A stretch of DNA of 64,000 bases from Antedon mediterranea (taxonomy: Eukaryota; Animalia; Echinodermata). The number at the start of each line of letters is the position of its first letter. Positions within the stretch are counted from its first letter, which is position 1. Below, piece by piece: positions 1 through 13,900 of this stretch. Made by a program: the position numbers and the translations under genes. The stretch covers positions 19,826,795 to 19,890,794 of the forward strand of contig NC_092670.1 of NCBI RefSeq assembly GCF_964355755.1, in the 5' to 3' direction. The notes beneath the pieces are model-generated. The model ran no database searches, had not been told where the DNA came from, and worked only from the letters and a program-made list of their open reading frames with translations.

Positions 1-3000
1 CAACTATGGTTATAATGAATTCAGTGTATTCTTCAAATAAAGAGTAAATGCAAGATCATTACTGCAAGTACTGAAGTAATTCAATATAGGCAATGCAATT
101 CATTTTATCCATGAGTTTTAAGTGTTCATATGCAGATTAAATATAGTACTTTAATTAAAATTAATCAAGGATATGCAGACTCTAACACAATAACAATCCA
201 TCCTGCCCTAAACAGACAAAAATGGAAACACAAACTGTAAAAACTTAATGTTGGCAGACAGAAAACGTTAAGAAGAAGAGGCTTTAAATATTAACTAATA
301 AAACATAATGTTTACAGAGCAATAAGGTACTGACCACACAACATCTCAACTAATGTCTACAGCACTGGCGTACTGTACAAAATAACTATAGAGAACTGAA
401 CTGTGATTAAGGGAGAATCCCTTTCAAGTACTTCGATCACATACCTCACAGCTAAATAAGTGTGAGAGACACAAAAGAACTGATTTACTGGAAATTAACA
501 AGCGCTTGTAAGAATACATATAAGTGATGAATAAGTAGCATAAGAAATGAACCATTCTTGATAATAGAACAACTTTAAATGCACAACAAACAAATAATTC
601 TCCCTTTTTCTAAAAACTTTGAATATAACATCTGGCATCTTGCATATTATGTCACTCAAGATTTGTTAAGATTACTCAATAATAAATGCAAATTTTATGT
701 TGAAAATATTGTTATCTATATAACAAATTTCATAATTCAATTCAGGTAAGATTGGTCCTACATACAGTCATCATTGTTGTTTAAGGCAGACCCATATTAC
801 TTAATCAGTCGATTCTCTGATGTTGCCAATGAGTAATTAGTTAACTGTCACTCATTTCTCTCATGAAATCATCATATCAAAGAAATGAATAACTTGAAGA
901 CAGCGGCCACCTACTGTACTATCAGGTATATTTCGGGTAAGAATATCTCTATGCAAATGAAGATAGTAAACTGCATATCAGCGATATTCATTCACCCATA
1001 AAAGATGCATCATATCAGTGAGTTGGGAATAGCCAACCTAGATACTTCATGAAAATGTACTGAATGGTGGGTATTAATGGTGATTAAAAAACAAGTTACG
1101 CCTACAATGATGATATCAACAAATTAATATTTCACCAACAGATGTTGGATAAATTTCCTTAATCAACATACAGCATTTATTGACTGTGCACAAAGTCTAG
1201 TCAAATATAAAATTTATAATTGTTAATATTTTGTCTCATGCTACCTTTATTCAAATATCCCCATTATCCATAAACTTATTTATACATTCATTTATTTACA
1301 ATTTTTTTTTTAAATAAACATCTCCATTCTGGTAAATTTCTATCTTTTCTGAGATCTTGCTTCATGAATAAATACACTGAAAGATGTTGATTTATAATGT
1401 TTTATCTCTGTTTTATCTAGCATTGTTCTACCACAACACATTAAGTCGCTATCTTACTGTGAAACAGTTCATGCTTCCATAAATGTTCTAACCAACAGAT
1501 TCCATTAGGAACAAATGTAATCAATACATTAATCAGAATCAGAATTAGTAATATCAAATAGATAATTAGATTAATAACAATAATCAGATGTAGTTATGAA
1601 TATTTTTTTTTTTAGTTAAATTGTGGGTTCCACTTTCAGCTTGCATAATCTTTGTTTCTGAATAAAAAAAATGTTCTGAATCTGAAATAAACATAGAAGG
1701 TAAAGTAAAAATAACTGGGACTTTTGAGCAAATTGCCTAAGCAGCTTGGTTAGTATTAAACTTATGAATATAAAATATTTATAGATTATACATAAATAAA
1801 ACTAGCCTAACCATTATTCTGAAAGAAAATGAATATAGATACCAAGACAAATTTGTTCAATACTTTCCTTTTCCCATTAGTATTGAAATTTATTAAAATG
1901 TAAAATATACCTACTGTACAGTAAACATACATGAATAAAAAAAGTTGAATTTATATTTTTTCTCAAGGCTAATAATCTAAAGCTATATTATAAATTCCAT
2001 TAATCAATTTGAAATCAAAATCAGCCGGAAGATGACTGCTAAGATATTGCCATCTCCTTCAGTCATGTTTACTATCTAGGCCGCAAGAATTTAGTTTCTT
2101 GTGTTTGCCATGATTCTAATGAAACACGATACCATTGTGTGACTATCTTGCTATTTTCAGCCAGTATATCTAATCACTTTATCTTATTATGAAGATGGCA
2201 TTTTTAGCCAGTAAGATAATGCAATGTTTTTCTTCTACTACTACTAGTGCGGGTAGAATGAGAAAGAATAATTTATTTTTTATTACCAACTGCTACTACT
2301 GTACTACTGTACACATTACTACTAAAATTAGCATGTAGATTATTAAGTGTATACAATATTGTACTTTTTCGAGTGTGATGCTTCATTTTATAAAGATACA
2401 GTAGTAGTGCATTTATAGTTTGTCTGTGTTCTAATTAGCGACCATTTTTATTGTGGCCTGAATGAAAACAAGTATCAATCGCACTTGAAATAAATCCCTT
2501 AAATACTAGTAAATAAATATTTAAGTACTTCCCTTTAAGTGTTATTCATTTAGATAAAATAAATGTTAATTTTATTTTAAATTAAAAGTGTTTCCTTAGC
2601 CTAAGTGAAAATGGTCCTAACAGTACAGTAAAACATGGTTTGAACCTGCAATGTCAAATTTTAGTTTTTTAAAGTTATTTATGTCATATAAATAAAATAC
2701 AAACCAAATATGTCTTGAAAAAAAAACCCATTTTTAATCTGACTATACTAACATCAATCAAAGGTTATAAATGACACAAAGAAATATTTTCAAATACTAA
2801 ATGAAACATGAATGATATGGACTACAAGGCTATTCACACAGTCTGATGTCCTCATCATCCCAAGACTAAATTGTTGATAATTATCAAGTGCATTATTTTA
2901 GTTCGTGTAAAGTAAAGTGTTCCCTCTGGCTGACAAAAGAAGTCAACAGTGTTAACATCTAATTTCTCAAACCATTTTGCGAGAAAATGCTAATGGCACG

Positions 3001-5309
3001 ATTGGTAATCTAAATACAATAACGCACGTTCTGATGAAGTTGTGGAATACTATTAATGAGTTCATTTGCAAACGTTTGTAAAGTAGAATTTTGTTGAATG
3101 CCCAATAAGGTATTTAAAATAGGTGGAGGAAAATTACCAATAAAGACACAAAACAAGACAACAACGTTTTAAAAATTTGTCACTGTTATTTAATTTAATT
3201 CATGACTAGTTGAAATTGTGAGATATGTATTTTATTTACTAGTTGTAGTTTACTGCTTGTAGTAGTGTAGTAGATCTAGATTTCAGCTTATGTAGTAGTA
3301 GTAGTAATAATGCGATTGCGATTGGTGTAAATCGGGAATGCTTTTTTTATCACCACTATTACCTTAAATTTTTCTAATTTATTATTTCTTCATCTAGGTC
3401 AAGTGCTATCTATTTTTACAAGAATTTCATCAAAGCATACATATTATACGAAAGTCCCATAAATATAGATTAACAGGCCATTGACCTCTGACCTTCAATA
3501 TTGCATTCAATTATGGTATTGTAATTATTGATTACAGCTTACCTATAATAGAATAACAATAGACGCAAGGTTTTAACAAGTAATTAATTAAAATACACAT
3601 TTTCTTGAATAATTTCTACAACACTGAAACTCCATGTAAGCATAATAATTGCTGTTATAAAAGATACAAATAAAATGTAACGAGAAATTGTATCAAGTAA
3701 ATTTTTATTGGGATGAAAATTCCCATTGTATTGGGCGTTTAAATCCAATGCCATCAACATTGTGGCAGATTGCTGATCTATAGTTTGTATCTAATTTAAC
3801 AGGTATCTGAATGGATATCAAAAATCTGGATTCAACTCTCCTGTGATTGGGTCCATCCTGGATGAGCTGGCATTTCCATCTCCTACTACTGTTATAATTT
3901 GGCTTCACAGCCTTGAAACTATAATTTTTATACGATATTCCTAATGTCAATATACTAAATATTTAATTTTTGGGAACTTTCAGTGGGGATAATCTTAGAG
4001 AAATATTTTAATTGCTATATGTGTAATAATTAAAAAGTTGAGGCATATTATTGATTTGTATAATCTGGTAAATACAGAAGCTAACTTTGGATATTAAAAG
4101 TCTACACATATCTATTTACCAAACCCTCAATCCAAAGTAAACAATGTACTTACAGTTCTAATTGCTGTAACAATGAAAGAATATTCTTTGCAAATATTCA
4201 TTTGAAACATCTGACGAATTGGTGAGTGACAGTGTTTCCAAAGAAGTCAGAAATTTACACAGCTGGGGTTATTCTGTATGCAGGCTGGGGCTTCCAGAAA
4301 ATGTTTACCAGAAAAAACAAGGGGAGTTGTGTTTGATAAGGATGGTGGAGTAGTCAATTTAGCCTAATTTAAAGCAAAACTGGTTATAGTATACCATAAA
4401 GAAATAATCTTATACAGCCTGGTCCACTGCTACAGACTACTAGACAGGTTATAACATTACTTTCAATTTTATGTTGCTTAACATTTACAATTCCAATTGC
4501 CTTAAATCTTAAAATCCTTATGGACGGCATTTTATGAGTATCTATAAATCACTGGATTTTCCAAGTAAATTACTAAAATCTGTTCATATTATTATTGCTA
4601 TATTTCTAAACCACATTGAAATAATGTGTAGAAAATCAGACTACAGCAGTTGATGCAGTAATGTTCAAATTTTCTCTGATTTAGTCAGCCTTTCATATCA
4701 AATATAGAGATCTGTGTACTATTTTTTCTAAAGTTACTGCAGGAATTCAGCCAATCCTCACCCTCCTCTTAATAGGGACAAGCATTCAATTTGCAATGAC
4801 CAGCACAATGTGTCATTGATCGTCATATGGAACAAGAGTCTACAAAAACTGTATCGAGAAATCGAGTGATGAATCGATTAAGCACAATGGATTATCATGG
4901 AATAATTAGTTCCTAGGTCCCACAGTAGGTCTTCAGAAATCAAAAGCTTACTATTGTTCAGCTACAAATGTAATTTAAAATGTTTGATGGCAAATGAACT
5001 TGTAGGATGATTAACAGATCTAATAATAGAAAGTCAGTATTTCTATTAAGCAAAATGACTGATTCAATTGATTATTAAAACACTTCTAAGTAATATTGAT
5101 TGTATAAAACATCTATCCTGATGACTTTCAAAGCACCTAAAGGCTTAAGTCATATATTTTTTTCTGAGATTAGGAGGTTACGTTCAGAACAATTGTGTAT
5201 ATAGAAATTATAGATCTAATGCGTATTTTTATGATCAGGAATTTTTCTTCTACATCCTCCCACTACTCCTTAAAATAAGTCTAACAAACCAAAATAAGAA
5301 AAAGACATT

Positions 5310-5540
5310 TTAGAATAAAGAAATGACATAGAGATGGACATGACACATCACAAGAATAGAAAAGTGATGGATAAAAGAGTTATTGAAGGACAACCCACAA
5401 CAGAAAGGAGAAGATGGAACAAGAAAAAGTAAGACAACATCAAGAAACTTCAAACTAGAAAATAGCTTCCGAAGAGGAAATGGAAATTGCTGGAGGAGGA
5501 TGGATGACATAACACAGTGATCATCATGATGATAATTATA
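5310..5540 (+). mobile_element. Decayed RTE-clade LINE 3' fragment
   Basis: Frameshifted translation RWT*HITRIEK*WIKRVIEGQPTTERRRWNKKK*DNIK resembles the RTE ORF C-terminus (RWAGHIAR...W.KRV.EW.P..G.R.RGRP..RW.D.I), followed by a (GAT/CAT)n tail near 5520-5535. Confidence 0.55.
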
Positions 5541-7286
5541 AATCCCTACAAGGCTATGGAAGAAGAGTTGCATAACTGTGGAGGAACCAAGATAAGGTGG
5601 ATATTTAGTAATAATTAAAAGCATCTAACTAATCAAATAAAGTACCCAATCAAAGAGGGATATTTATACCTATACCAGCACATTTTATCTATATAAAACC
5701 ATCCCCAACATACTTAAATTACTTCTTAGTCCTTCAAGGAAATGTAACACACTTCAATATGTAAATTCTGCTTTCTATTATACTAGGTAAAAAGAGAAAA
5801 TGAAACAATTACCTATGATATCTAACAACACAAAGTAATATAAAATAATGTCATATCATAGTACCAGATAAGAAAAAATAAAGATAAAAACTGGGGTTGT
5901 GTAATAGTTCACATGATGCTGAAAATATCATGTATCTATTAAATTGTTTCTGTGAAATTTATGTTAAAAAAAATATTCTTGTAGCAAATGGAAAAATACT
6001 CTTTATTGATTAAAAAAGAATATTGAAGATGAAATTATGATACTATATGTATATAAATATAATTAAATATTTCCATTGTAATTTAGGAAAAGCCTTATTA
6101 TATAAAGTAGGTAAGTGTAGGATGCATTATATAAGCCTTGCGAGATATAGCCAAAACCAGGAAACAGAATGACATGTGTTCAAGATTGGGAGAAAGTGGT
6201 ATGGGATTCTCCAATAATCTTTTTTTCAAAAGGTGAAGAGGCTTGATGAATGAAAACAAAATGCATGAAAGAAATAACACCTGTAGAATTTGTTCATGCC
6301 TTTGTTTGGCAAATCCGAAAAAGGAGGTTAACCAATCTTTTTTCTTCATATAACTGAACATTTATACACTTACCATTTTTAAAACAGTAAAAGCAAAATG
6401 TGTTGGTTTTATCCATTACATACACATAATAAAAATTATTCATTATTTAAGTACAGTACATAACTTAAATAAGCTGAACTATTAGCTGTAGTGTAAGTCC
6501 TTATTACAGTCAATAACATTAACTATGCCTTATAGCTATATAAAATCATCAGCTTGCACACGTATCTATAGAAATAAATTATATTCACAATATTAAGTAG
6601 TATATTCACAATGGTTCATAGTAATAATTCCCAGTAGAAATCCCTTGACGCAAAGAGATCTGGTTCAATGCACTGATGAATCTAATTACTAATTAAGTAA
6701 TTGTCCCCAAAGCTTTATTAAATGTGATTAATGCTTACAAGTTGTAATAGCAATTATAATAAACATGTAAAGTTTTAAGTATTATTTTTATATTACTGAT
6801 TTTGTATAATTCAAAGTTTGAAATTACATCAGAAATCTGTTCAATGTACTGTATTTTTTATATATCAAAAATGTCCTCATTTATTATCCTATACATTTAC
6901 TAATGCATAAGTTCTAGTACGGTACATAATTACTTATCTGGTATTTTTTATATTAGCAAATGTCATAAATTGTATTCTTCTTACAGATTCTTTTTCTTAA
7001 GTCACTTTTGAATATGTATTGTATATATAGTATATCAACATATAAACACATAGATAACTACATATTAAAATTTTACTTAATACGCCATATTACAGTCAGA
7101 CAAAATTTACATATAGACAATTGTGGCAGAAATTATGTAGTCATTAAAGTATTAAGAAAAGCATTCCCAGAATTGATAATTGAAATTCATAAAAAGAGGA
7201 ATTAAAGCAAATCATCTTTTTCATCTGAAATTGTTTGTTCTTTGTCTTTTGTTCAAATTTTCATAGATTTATATCTTTGTATTTTA

Positions 7287-7403
7287 AGCTCTGTCTACAC
7301 AGTTTGATGTGCCCTAATATGGTACTGATATGACATCATCATGTCCATATATGGGCACATCACATTTTTTTGTCACATAAAGTTTGATAATGTAGATAGA
7401 GCT
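7287..7403. mobile_element. PIF/Harbinger-type MITE, family A
   Basis: TIR AGCTCTGTCTACAC...GTAGATAGAGCT with TTA on both flanks. The internal CCATATATGG/CACATCACA core is shared with six other copies in the window. Confidence 0.8.
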
Positions 7404-9091
7404 TTAGTAAAAAATACTACTGTATTCTTAATGTTAATAAACAATGTATTAAAACAGTATATGCAGAGTCAAAGATGCTTTTCTCAAAATGGAATAGAAT
7501 TTTGAGATGACAGTACATATTGTACTTTATCTAAAGTTTTATGTAAATTTGTTAATTTAAACGAATTGTGTTTATTTTCTATGAACAAGAGATTCCGAAT
7601 TAAGTATTGAATTGAAATGAATTGAATTTGGAAATGAATTGAATTAAAAATGTAATGATAAAACACAATTCAGTACTACCAGTCTTATGAAAGTTCTATA
7701 TATTTTTGTGAATAAAAGAACCATAATAAATTAAGAACAAAATGTCATTGTATGATTGTTGAAAAAAGTTACTTACTGATTTATGGTATTTTCACTAAAA
7801 TTATTATTTTACAGTAAACAGAGAAATTAAAGTACATTAAAAAAATTATGGTCTGTTAAAAAGTCCCACACTTTGACATTGCTTATCTCTATTGTTTGTT
7901 TAATATTAAATAAATTATTATTTTACAAAGTATGATAACAATCATCATTGGGTATTTTAATTAGTATCTATCAAAACTAATTCTATATTGCAACATGAAA
8001 GATATTTTCATTAAAATCGATCGTAATAATATAATAATAATCGTGCATATTACTATATTAATGTACAATAACAAGGAAAAAGGGATTATAATATATAATC
8101 TTCATCTTTTCCTGATATCACATATTATGCGTACTAAGTTCAGCTATATGCCAGGGAAAGCCATGGCCAGGTTGAAGGACAGGGATTCATAGTACGGTAT
8201 ATGCAAAGCTATTATTTACCAATTCAATTGACACTTTGCCTAATGCATCATTTCACATATTGATTCTGTTCACTTCAAACAATACAGAAGAGTAGTGACT
8301 GGAAAACCATACCACATACACATGTTATCAATGCACAGATTCTGATAGATTTCCCAGGATATAAATCATAAAACAACACAGTTTAAAATAAAACGGAGGT
8401 ACAAACTGATTTTTAATGAATTAAAATTAAACATGTTATTTTAACAAAATAAAGAGATGTTTTTTTAAAACATTTATTTTATATTATTGACTAAATTCAA
8501 TCATCAATCAACAATTTTATTTGAACTGCCAATACAAAGCATTTAATTATTTTATGAACAACAATTAATTACCTGAACAAGTGATTGTCAATGCATAAAT
8601 GGTGAATGACCTTTGTTTGGTTAAGATTGCTATGTTCACTTTTCCAATATCAATTAATGTAATGATCAATAATGTATGCTTACAATCTGACTGTATTCTC
8701 TAGCTTAAATATTGGTGTAAGATGCTATTATTAATTACTGTATATCTCTGCTTTGAATTACTATTTGTCTATTAATTTTGCTTACATAATTGTAGGTCTT
8801 TTCCATTCTTTTCCGTTTATTATATAAAATGTAAAAAAAAAAATAAAAATTGTGGTCTATTAGTGTGAACCAAGCCTACATTCATAATGTCTTTGGTTCA
8901 ATCAGTGAATGTATCTTTGATTAAATTTGGAACATACTAATCCAGCCTGTACTAAACCTACACCTACCTATCAACAATATATCAATTCAAGTAATTGTGG
9001 TCATCTAATCTGCTCTTGAATGTTTGGTTCCAATCACAGTTTCAGTTTCATTTTCTGAAATATAAATATTTAGAAATATATTTGAACTAAC

Positions 9092-9352
9092 CTTATCTTC
9101 GACATTATTTTCCTTTCCATGAGATATGGTATGGTTATTAAGTCTCCTGTTTTCAACAGCACTTCCTTCATGTTTCGACTCTGGTATAACAACAGATAAT
9201 GCAGTTCTTGGTTGGGACGGTTTTTCCCAGTCTTGACTGGCTTTAAACCCAGTTTTTATGACCATTTTTTCTGAACTTGTTTCATTTTTCCGAACATAAT
9301 TCGTTTGTTTTTCGCGTGCAATTCCAACAACCGCATCAGTGGCCATTATCAT
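9092..9352 (-). CDS. Probable first coding exon (87 codons, MIMATDAVVG...NNVEDK) of an unidentified gene that continues past the left edge
   Basis: Strong acceptor TTCTTTTTTTCTCTCCAG at 9383-9384. In-frame TAA before the ATG at 9352. Donor AAG|GTTAGT after 9092 (phase 0). A candidate non-coding upstream exon ends at 9740 (AAG|GTGATA) in a CpG-richer region. The peptide looks disordered and no family was recognised. Confidence 0.55.
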
Positions 9353-12059
9353 TATGAATTATTGGTGTTTCCACACGCAATTCTGGAGAGAAAAAAAGAA
9401 TAATTGCGCGAATACAATTTCCTTTCCTTTCTATTAATTTATAAAATTCTCTAAATTTTAAAACAGCGACAAATATATAGTATCGCTTTTAAAAATGTAT
9501 AGGAAACTAAATATTATAATATACCGTATCACTAAGTCTGCGCTAGTAGGCCTACTACCAATAATTACAGTGACTATATACTGGATGACACTTGCGACCT
9601 GGATACCAAATACAATACCAAACGGGATCGATCCCCAAAACGATAATATATTTCAACAGCAATTGTCAGAATCGTTCAATGCGCGTTCCATTCATTAACA
9701 TAAATACAACAATTAAACTTGTTTCTAGTCGTTTATCACCTTATTTCGATCCAGTAGGCCTATAGCGCGATGTACACCATCACTTCGGGAAATGAATAGG
9801 TCTATGAATGTGAAATAACCGGACAGGATACGGAAAAATCTAAATATTAAAGAGCGCCATCAATAGTAACAATGTAATTTAAATTGTTAAAAAACCTATT
9901 CAAGAAGTTTAGATTTTAAAACCCCACCAAACAATATAGCGCCTATATTGTTCCATTTATCGTATTTACCCGAAAACACTTCTCAATGCTCGTCTTAATA
10001 AATTTCAGTCATTTTTTGTAGGCTGAAGAATTCAATATGTGTATGTCTTCAACACTGGTATATCACACATATAATCATTTGGATAGAATACGTCATACTA
10101 AAGTCAAGTAGTGAGACGAGACTTACTATAGTCAAGAGATAAATAAAATATCCTTTCTGATTGTTTTTATTAAGCCCACGACGTACACATGCTATCTGAA
10201 GAAAACGATTTTTTTGCATATCATAGACCTGTTTAATAGGCCTACAAACATTGATAAACACTTTGATAAAGATACGAGGCATGTGTATCATGGCCTACAT
10301 TCACCCTATGTTAAAACGGAAACTAAAGTAATGGAGGAAATATTATTTAAGTAGGTCTTTGTTTTCCTATAAAATTATTACCTACTGAGTACCACCGACG
10401 GAAGGGGAATGACTCCACCTACACCCTGATGTGATAAGTCGCATACTATCCCTTGACCTATATCCCTTTCCACCATGTAAAACGTAGGCTGTAAAAAGTA
10501 CATTCACTTTGAACACTGACGACGCGACGGCTTCCCCCATAGTATAATGCTAGTTCCTTAACCAGAAAAGTAAATAAATACTGCTTTATGATACCAAATT
10601 GATACTTTAATTATAAATGCGGTACTCCTACCTCTTTTCCATCCCACGCTAAAACTAAAAAGTTCAGTCTACTTTAGCCTAAAGAAAATAAAACTTGTGC
10701 TTGATAATGCTCTAAAATTAACATAATTTCCATTGGGTTGGGTACTGTTATTTTTAATATTATATACAATTAAAAATATTATTGTATCTTATAGTATATC
10801 ATATTTTCCTGAGTATCCTATTCATTGTTTTCACTGTTTTAGTTTCGTCCTTGAATTTGATGAAAACCTGGTATCTTTTATCAAGGTTTCCAAACTAAAT
10901 GTAATTAACAATACGAAAAAAAATAGTATTATAAAACATATTTCGTGACAAGGAAAATATTAGTCATTAGAAAAAATAATACAAAAAAACTCCTGAAGGA
11001 CAATTTGAGTTAAATTTAAAGAAGTTTTAACACCCAGGAAGTAACTCCCATTTTGCGGACTTAAAGGGTAATCTTTGACACCGTAATTATGTCAAAATAA
11101 AACAAGGGTTAACTCCAAATACCGTAGAACAAACAGAAAATGCTGTATGAAAAAGGATAAGTTAAGCCCATTAGAGTATTGAAAATGATCAAATTGATCG
11201 AAACATCGCATTCTCAATCTCCTGTCTTTTTGTTTGTAAATATTCTCTTACATTTTTTGTTTTTGAAATTATTCAGTCGATCATTTTTTAAATTCTGTTT
11301 GTATATTCTTAACTAGATTCGAATAAATATGTTTTTTTACTTACTGAATACAAAAATATATATTGTAACATTTATTGTGGGTAAGATAACTTGATAAACC
11401 AAATAAAGATTTCAAGGGAAAAAATGTAGACTTTAGCACAATAACAAACCATCCTGCTCAAAACAGAAAAGCCGAAACAAATCGTCGAAATCGTAATGTC
11501 TGACCATGGAGGTATGGTCTGACTGACAGAAAATTGTGGGATACTGTCTTTTTATATCGTTTTGTATATGTCATATTTCTTATTATTTTATTTTACAGTT
11601 GATAAGGCAGTATTTCCCTAAGGGAAAAATAAAGTTTTGATTGAATGAAATAAGAAAAAACAACAATGACCATGAATTTGCACAGAAATACAATTTCACC
11701 TTCATTTTTAATGACCTTTTAGTATTTTCCATTTGAAATTATTAGTAAAATTAATTGTGAGTGAATCACTTAATCCTTTAAACGTGCGGTTTAAGAAGTG
11801 TAAGGATGTACACTCTGTTTCACAAGGTCTCCTACATCGGATCATCCCCGTCGGAGTAGTGCCACCGCAACCCCCAGGCAAAACAATTATTCAATTAATC
11901 TGCTTCTTGCACGATAGGTATTTTTTGCGTACGCTTACTGTAGGCCTAAACTGTATTTGTCTAGGTACGGTAGGACTCATTACATATAACAGCGAATTAA
12001 TCATCTTCACGAAAAAATAATGTCCTCAACCTGTAACTAGTCAAATAAAATTTATGATT

Positions 12060-12200
12060 TCTTCGCGTCTTTTTAGTCTTCCTCTATCATTCTGCGCCTT
12101 TAAGACGTAGTCTCACAACTTCCATAAGTTATCCTATCTTCCTTTTGGCCTTTCTCTACTAGTCCGTCGTACGATGCGTCTAATTTCTTTTCTGAGAAAA
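12060..12200 (-). mobile_element. Possible decayed RTE-like LINE 3' fragment
   Basis: Minus-strand translation KEIRRIVRRTSRERPKGR* followed by a DRGR-like segment; only a weak match to the RTE C-terminus. Confidence 0.3.
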
Positions 12201-12789
12201 TAACAAAAGGTGAACAAGAAGTATCTCAAATTATGAAACAGAAGGAATTCATTAGAGAATTGTTCACCATTGTTATCAATGTTTAAGTCTTTATAAGTGT
12301 AATTTATCATTTAAATATGTATATTATATATTTATTTATATCAATATAAAATATAATTATACACAAATTAATTTCCGCTGCGTTTTACATTATCTTGACA
12401 TTCAACTGAGCGTCGACACCTGCTTCTTAGTTGCGGGTTTCCCCAAAAGATATTACAGCAGAAATTTGATATATGAACAAAATCCATCAGTTATGGATAA
12501 TCAACTGTTAATTTACTCAGAGAAAAGGGAATTTGATTATGAAATTAAATATGTATTGTTTAATGAATATATCTATTCGCTTCATTTAATGCTGATGTAA
12601 TAATTCGTCGTTAATTTGCGGGGTAAAATTCTGGTGCTGCTGAACAAGATGAATTATTCAGGGCTTAATATTTATCTTTTATGATTTTAATGTTTTCTGC
12701 CGCGTGACTCTAATCTTTGGGGACTTTCCAGAGTTCTTGTTTTTTGATACAGTTTCCAAGGTTCTCAATGTTTATTTTTTTACGTATTT

Positions 12790-13900
12790 AATTTTGCGAA
12801 AATTTTTATTTTCCAAAGGTTTCATCTTTGATGTTTCCAAAAGTTCTCAAAGTTGACTGTTCCAAAGTTCTTATCTTTAATGTTTCCAAAAGTTCTCATT
12901 GTTGACTGTTGCAAAGTTCTCATCTTTGATTGATTGATTGAATTTATTTGATGCTCAACATTAAAATAACAAACAGACAAAGGACAAAATAACGAGCATC
13001 AGGAACACCCATTAGGCCGGAAAAACCAGTCCATTTCCAATGGGGTCCAAATTGCACATAACAAACAATAAAAAAAAACAACATTATAAAAAAAATATAT
13101 ATATATATATACATTAAAAATAAAGCCCAGTAAAACAGAAAAATTAAAAGAGAAAGCAAAAAGGTAATGAGTAAGATTGCACGTTATCAAGACCATAATA
13201 GTTATCAAAATTATTATAAATATTTTATCTTTGATGTTTCCAAAAGTTCTCATCGTTGACTGTTCCAAAGTTCTCATCTTTGATGTTTCCAAAAGTTTTC
13301 ATCGTTGACTGTTCCAAAGTTCTCGTCTTTGATGCTTCCAAAAGTTCTCATCGTTGATTGTTTCAAAGTTCTCGTCTTTGATGTTTCCAAAAATTGTTTC
13401 AAAGTTCTCGTCTTTGATGTTTCCAAATATTGTTTCAAAGTTCTCGTCTTTGATGTTTCCAAAAGTTCTCATGGTTAATTGTTTCAAAGTTCTCGTCTTT
13501 GAAGTTTCCAAAAGTTCTTATCGTTGACTGTTCCAAAGTTCTCGTTTTTGATGTTTCCAAAAGTTCTCATCGTTGATTGTTTCAAAGTTCTCGTCTTTGA
13601 TGTTTCCAAAAGTAGTCGTTGATTGTTCCAAAGTTCTCATCTTTGATGTTTCCAAAAGTTCTCATCGTTGATTGTTTCAAAGTTTTCGTCTTTGATGTTT
13701 CCAAAAGTTCTCGTCGTTGACTGTTTCCAAGTTCTCATCTTTGATCTTTCCAAACGTTCTCATCGTTGACTGTTCCAAAGTTCTCGTCTCTTTGATGTTT
13801 CCAAAAGATCTCATCGTTGACTGTTCTAAAGTTCTGGTCTTTGATGTTTCCAAAAGTTCTTATCGTTGACTGTTTCAAAGTTCTCGTCTTTGAAGTTTTT
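12790..13900. repeat. 49-bp tandem satellite built from two related 25- and 24-bp subunits, interrupted at about 12930-13225
   Basis: Unit CTTTGATGTTTCCAAAAGTTCTCATCGTTGACTGTTCCAAAGTTCTCGT; CTTTGATG recurs at 13229 and 13278 (period 49). The flanks decay gradually to about 12720 and 14140. Confidence 0.92.
12928..13225 (-). mobile_element. 3' end of an L2/CR1-type LINE (or derived SINE) inserted in the satellite
   Basis: Minus strand reads GGACCCCATTGGAAATGGACTGG...CTAATGGGTGTTCC (stem-loop-like), then AATAAATT(CAAT)n. The satellite resumes on both sides. Confidence 0.6.

Noticed and set aside
3705-3950. 81-aa minus-strand ORF
   Set aside because: Non-ATG start, no recognisable domain and no convincing splice sites.
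5811-5825. 9-nt microexon candidate (AG|ATATCATAG|GT, minus strand)
   Set aside because: In phase 0 it would encode a stop codon, and it has no other support.
12790-13900. CRISPR-like array, or repetitive ORFs (METSKTRTLKQ...)
   Set aside because: The repeats are contiguous with no unique spacers, there are no cas genes, and the context is eukaryotic. The ORFs are by-products of the satellite.
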